From: Ramazzottius varieornatus
Lineage: Eukaryota > Animalia > Tardigrada
DNA length: 64,000 nucleotides
Reading direction: 5' to 3'
Assembly: GCA_001949185.1 (NCBI GenBank)
Contig: BDGG01000001.1
Location: 6,299,591-6,363,590 of the forward strand
Made by a program: the position numbers and the translations under genes. Positions within the stretch are counted from its first letter, which is position 1; the number at the start of each line of letters is the position of its first letter. The notes beneath the pieces are model-generated. The model ran no database searches and was not told where the DNA came from. It saw nothing but the letters and a program-made list of their open reading frames with translations. Shown here one piece after another: positions 61,226-64,000 of this stretch.

Positions 61226-61756
61226 GAGTACGTCTACAACTAATTGTGTCGGAACCGTTCGAGGAAGGCTTGACGTGACACCATGGACATTAGCTATTCT
61301 TTGATGCGGCAACTCTTTTGAGAGGTTTCGTCTTTACTGTTTTCTGCTTCTCCGCGATGGATGCGCGGTTCAGTTGATCCACGGGTATATGCGCGATAAA
61401 ACTAGTTTCTCCGCGCATCTACCCGCGGCGCAAGTAGTGTGGACTTTCGAGTCGCGCGGCTTACCATAGCATACGGACACGCCGATTGATCAGGCACTGT
61501 AATGCCCCCTCAAAGCTTGCGCACTCGTAATCATATTCGCGGAACAGCCCTTACGAAATGTCGGGACTTGAGTTCTACTCCGTGCGTTGGATGATGCACC
61601 GCGCGTGGCTCACGGAGCAATACATTGAACCTCGTGCATTGCTCCCTCGTGCGACATGCACATGCCCACACAGATCGCCCAATCAAGCACGCAGAAATCC
61701 CGAAACTTAATGCTCCTCGAGGACGTATTGAAATTGGCGGAACGCTATCGCAAGCA

Positions 61757-61841
61757 TTGCAGATCCGCAATTTTTTTCCAGGATACTGCTCAAAATTGCA
61801 GATCCGCAATAAATTTTGTCGGAAAACTGCAGATCTGCAGT
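61757..61841. repeat. Short direct repeats TGCAGATCYGCA x3
   Basis: ATTGCAGATCCGCAAT twice, plus ACTGCAGATCTGCAGT. Confidence 0.6.
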
Positions 61842-62106
61842 ATTCTTTCGCTGAATTTCTTAAAAACGCTGGGGGCAATTTCGGTAATATTCAAATAATA
61901 TTTATGCGTCCTGTTGAACTGATAATTTGACGAGGAAGTCGTATACGGACTTATTTGGAACAAGCATACGGTTGCGGTACTCTGGATTTCGGGAGTTGAA
62001 AGGTGACAGTTGGGTATTTTGATGGATACAAACGTAGAACTAGCTAGTGGTTCTGACCAGTGGAAAGGCCGAGCAAGGGAGGCAAACCATTGTAGAGCGA
62101 GCACTT

Positions 62107-62960
62107 TCACTGCGTTGCGTTGCCTAATGCAAGTAATCGGTTTTCCTCGGCAACTTTCTCTTGTATCACAGGAGAATTTGCCAACTTAGCAAGACGGTCA
62201 AGATCAAAATATTGCAGAAACGCTAGATCTGACAACGACCGTACTCGAGAACAGCCAACAAACGATAGCTCTGTCGCAAATTCGTTCTTTCCTAAGTCAA
62301 GAACCACGCTTGGCAAGGTTGTCCATTGCGCCTTGTGCACCGTCGCCGCATGTGCGAGTGAAAGGGGAATTTGATTCCGTGATAGCGGCTTTCCCGAAGG
62401 GCTGAACCATGTCCTTTTGAATGGAATGATAGGAGCGATCCTAGGTACGATGGGACTGAACGAAGGTCCCGTATAATCATCGAACTGAACAACTAAGCAC
62501 AGTGGCAGCGATGGTGGTCTGGCGTTTTCTGGGTAGACTATGCCAACGACTGACCCTAGAGACCCATTTACAAGTTCACGCTCAGTCCACAAGTTTACAT
62601 TTAACATCACTCGGCATCCCGTAGCTGGGTAAATGACCGAATCCAAGGCTCCAGCTTGATCGTAAGAGGCTTTAGCGGCTCCTTCGTTATTGTGTACGGC
62701 TTGAATGCGACCTACCGCAACCCCCATGTCTGCGATAACCTGTTCGTATCGCGCATCCGCTGGCGCGTTGGTCGTATACAGATGGATGGATGCGTTGAAA
62801 CGGTCTCTTTCGGCAGGAGGAAGAGCGGTAAGGAAACGAGTCGAAAGTAACCGCCAGTCCTCCAAAGTAGATGCCCCCTCCCGCAACCTCCAAAGCAAGG
62901 CACGGAATGCTACAGCCTGAGGAGTTTCGCCGACCTGTCTGTGAGGAATGGATAGAACAA
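62107..62960 (-). pseudogene. Intronless, 5'-truncated PIF1-family helicase (Helitron/Helentron-type relic)
   Basis: HRQ (motif IV), GCRVMLNVNLWTERELVNGSLG, RNQIPLSLAHAATVHKAQWTTL, SFVGCSRV. Walker A/B are absent, and conserved Gly residues are substituted (HKAQW, ELVNG, ELSFV). Confidence 0.85.
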
Positions 62961-64000
62961 CTAGTTAGGCTAGTTACGTGTACTGCCGTCGTAAGTCGTA
63001 ACTTTTGACTCACAGTACGGTTCCCCAGTAAAATTTTTAATCGCCCCGACGAAGTGGCGTGTCTTTTTTCAGTACTGTGTTTGCGATATCTGAAAGCTCA
63101 AAGAATCTGATCGTGTATTGAAATCTCGACAGACTTAAAAGAAAATCAATTGTTTGAATTGACGCACTATATATTTTAGTTATCAATCACAGTTTCTCTC
63201 GTTTTTCGGAACACTACTGTGATGCGACTTTAGTCAATATTAGAATTGTCTAACCTGGGATTTTCAATTTTAATTTGTCATATTGGAATTCCAGGACGGT
63301 CGTTCGTGCCTTTGTGGCCATTTTCAACTATCAATAAAGGTTGGTGCAGTAGATTGACTGTTTTGATTGGTTCGCTGCTCCGACAGTACCTCAAGCAAAC
63401 GACAAAACTTGAGGAGAACGGTTGTCTGGATATCCCACAGTAGCGGTCACAAAAATCAAAGGATAAAAGTACATGTAACTTAGGATCTTCGTCGAACAAC
63501 TGAATCCGCTCGTCTATTCATCTACACTATTACATTCAAGCTGCGCCATGATTAGTTTGAATCAGGTTGTCCCGGCAAAACGGGAGGGAAACGGGAGGTT
63601 TTTGAAAAACGTCTAAAATGCAGCGAAAGCTTTGCTCCAACAGTGAACTGGAAGCAAATAGTTTTCCGGATCTAGCTCTTTACGATTCTTCGTAACCACA
63701 GACAAAGTGAATCAACAAGAGGCGAAAATAACCATACTGTGGAAAGGAGCACCGCTAAGTTTTGACCAGAGTTTTTGCAAAAACGAGTCTCCGCGTTCCG
63801 CTGCGTAAGTTGAGCTACACCCTGTCCGCGCCAATTTGCTACCACCTGGCATTTCGATCCAAAAGAAATCAGATTTCTGCTTTACCATCTATGCTTCCAC
63901 ACATTCCATACAGCATTCCAAGCTGATTTGACTGAGCCATGATTCTTTTAGATGTGCTGCCAAACCGCGTGAGAAACTTGACCCGTGTGACTTCCGGTGC

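Overview
Gene-dense eukaryotic (metazoan) genomic DNA with mostly short GT-AG introns, so the ORF track shows exon fragments rather than whole genes. The compactness and composition would fit a small invertebrate genome such as a tardigrade; this is inference and not proven. Apparently intact genes: a mucin-like single-pass membrane protein, an AADAC/NCEH1-type esterase, a fungal-type sugar porter, two THAP proteins, NOP56, TMEM199, a secreted two-domain Cys-rich protein, a PhyH-fold protein lacking its iron ligands, a large BCH-domain protein, EXOSC4, a tandem winged-helix protein, STXBP1/unc-18 and NCOA5. Decayed sequences: an internally deleted ABCA gene hosting a PIF/Harbinger-type transposon and nested MITEs, plus ubiquitin, SSR3, hAT transposase and PIF1 helicase relics. 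The two most unusual signals are (i) ten copies of a 49-bp dyad (12-bp inverted arms CAAGTGGCGCAC/GTGCGCCACTTG around an invariably 25-bp spacer), nine of them intronic, and (ii) a 1.6-kb TA-flanked TIR element whose only recognisable cargo is an intact intron-containing secreted Cys-rich gene.
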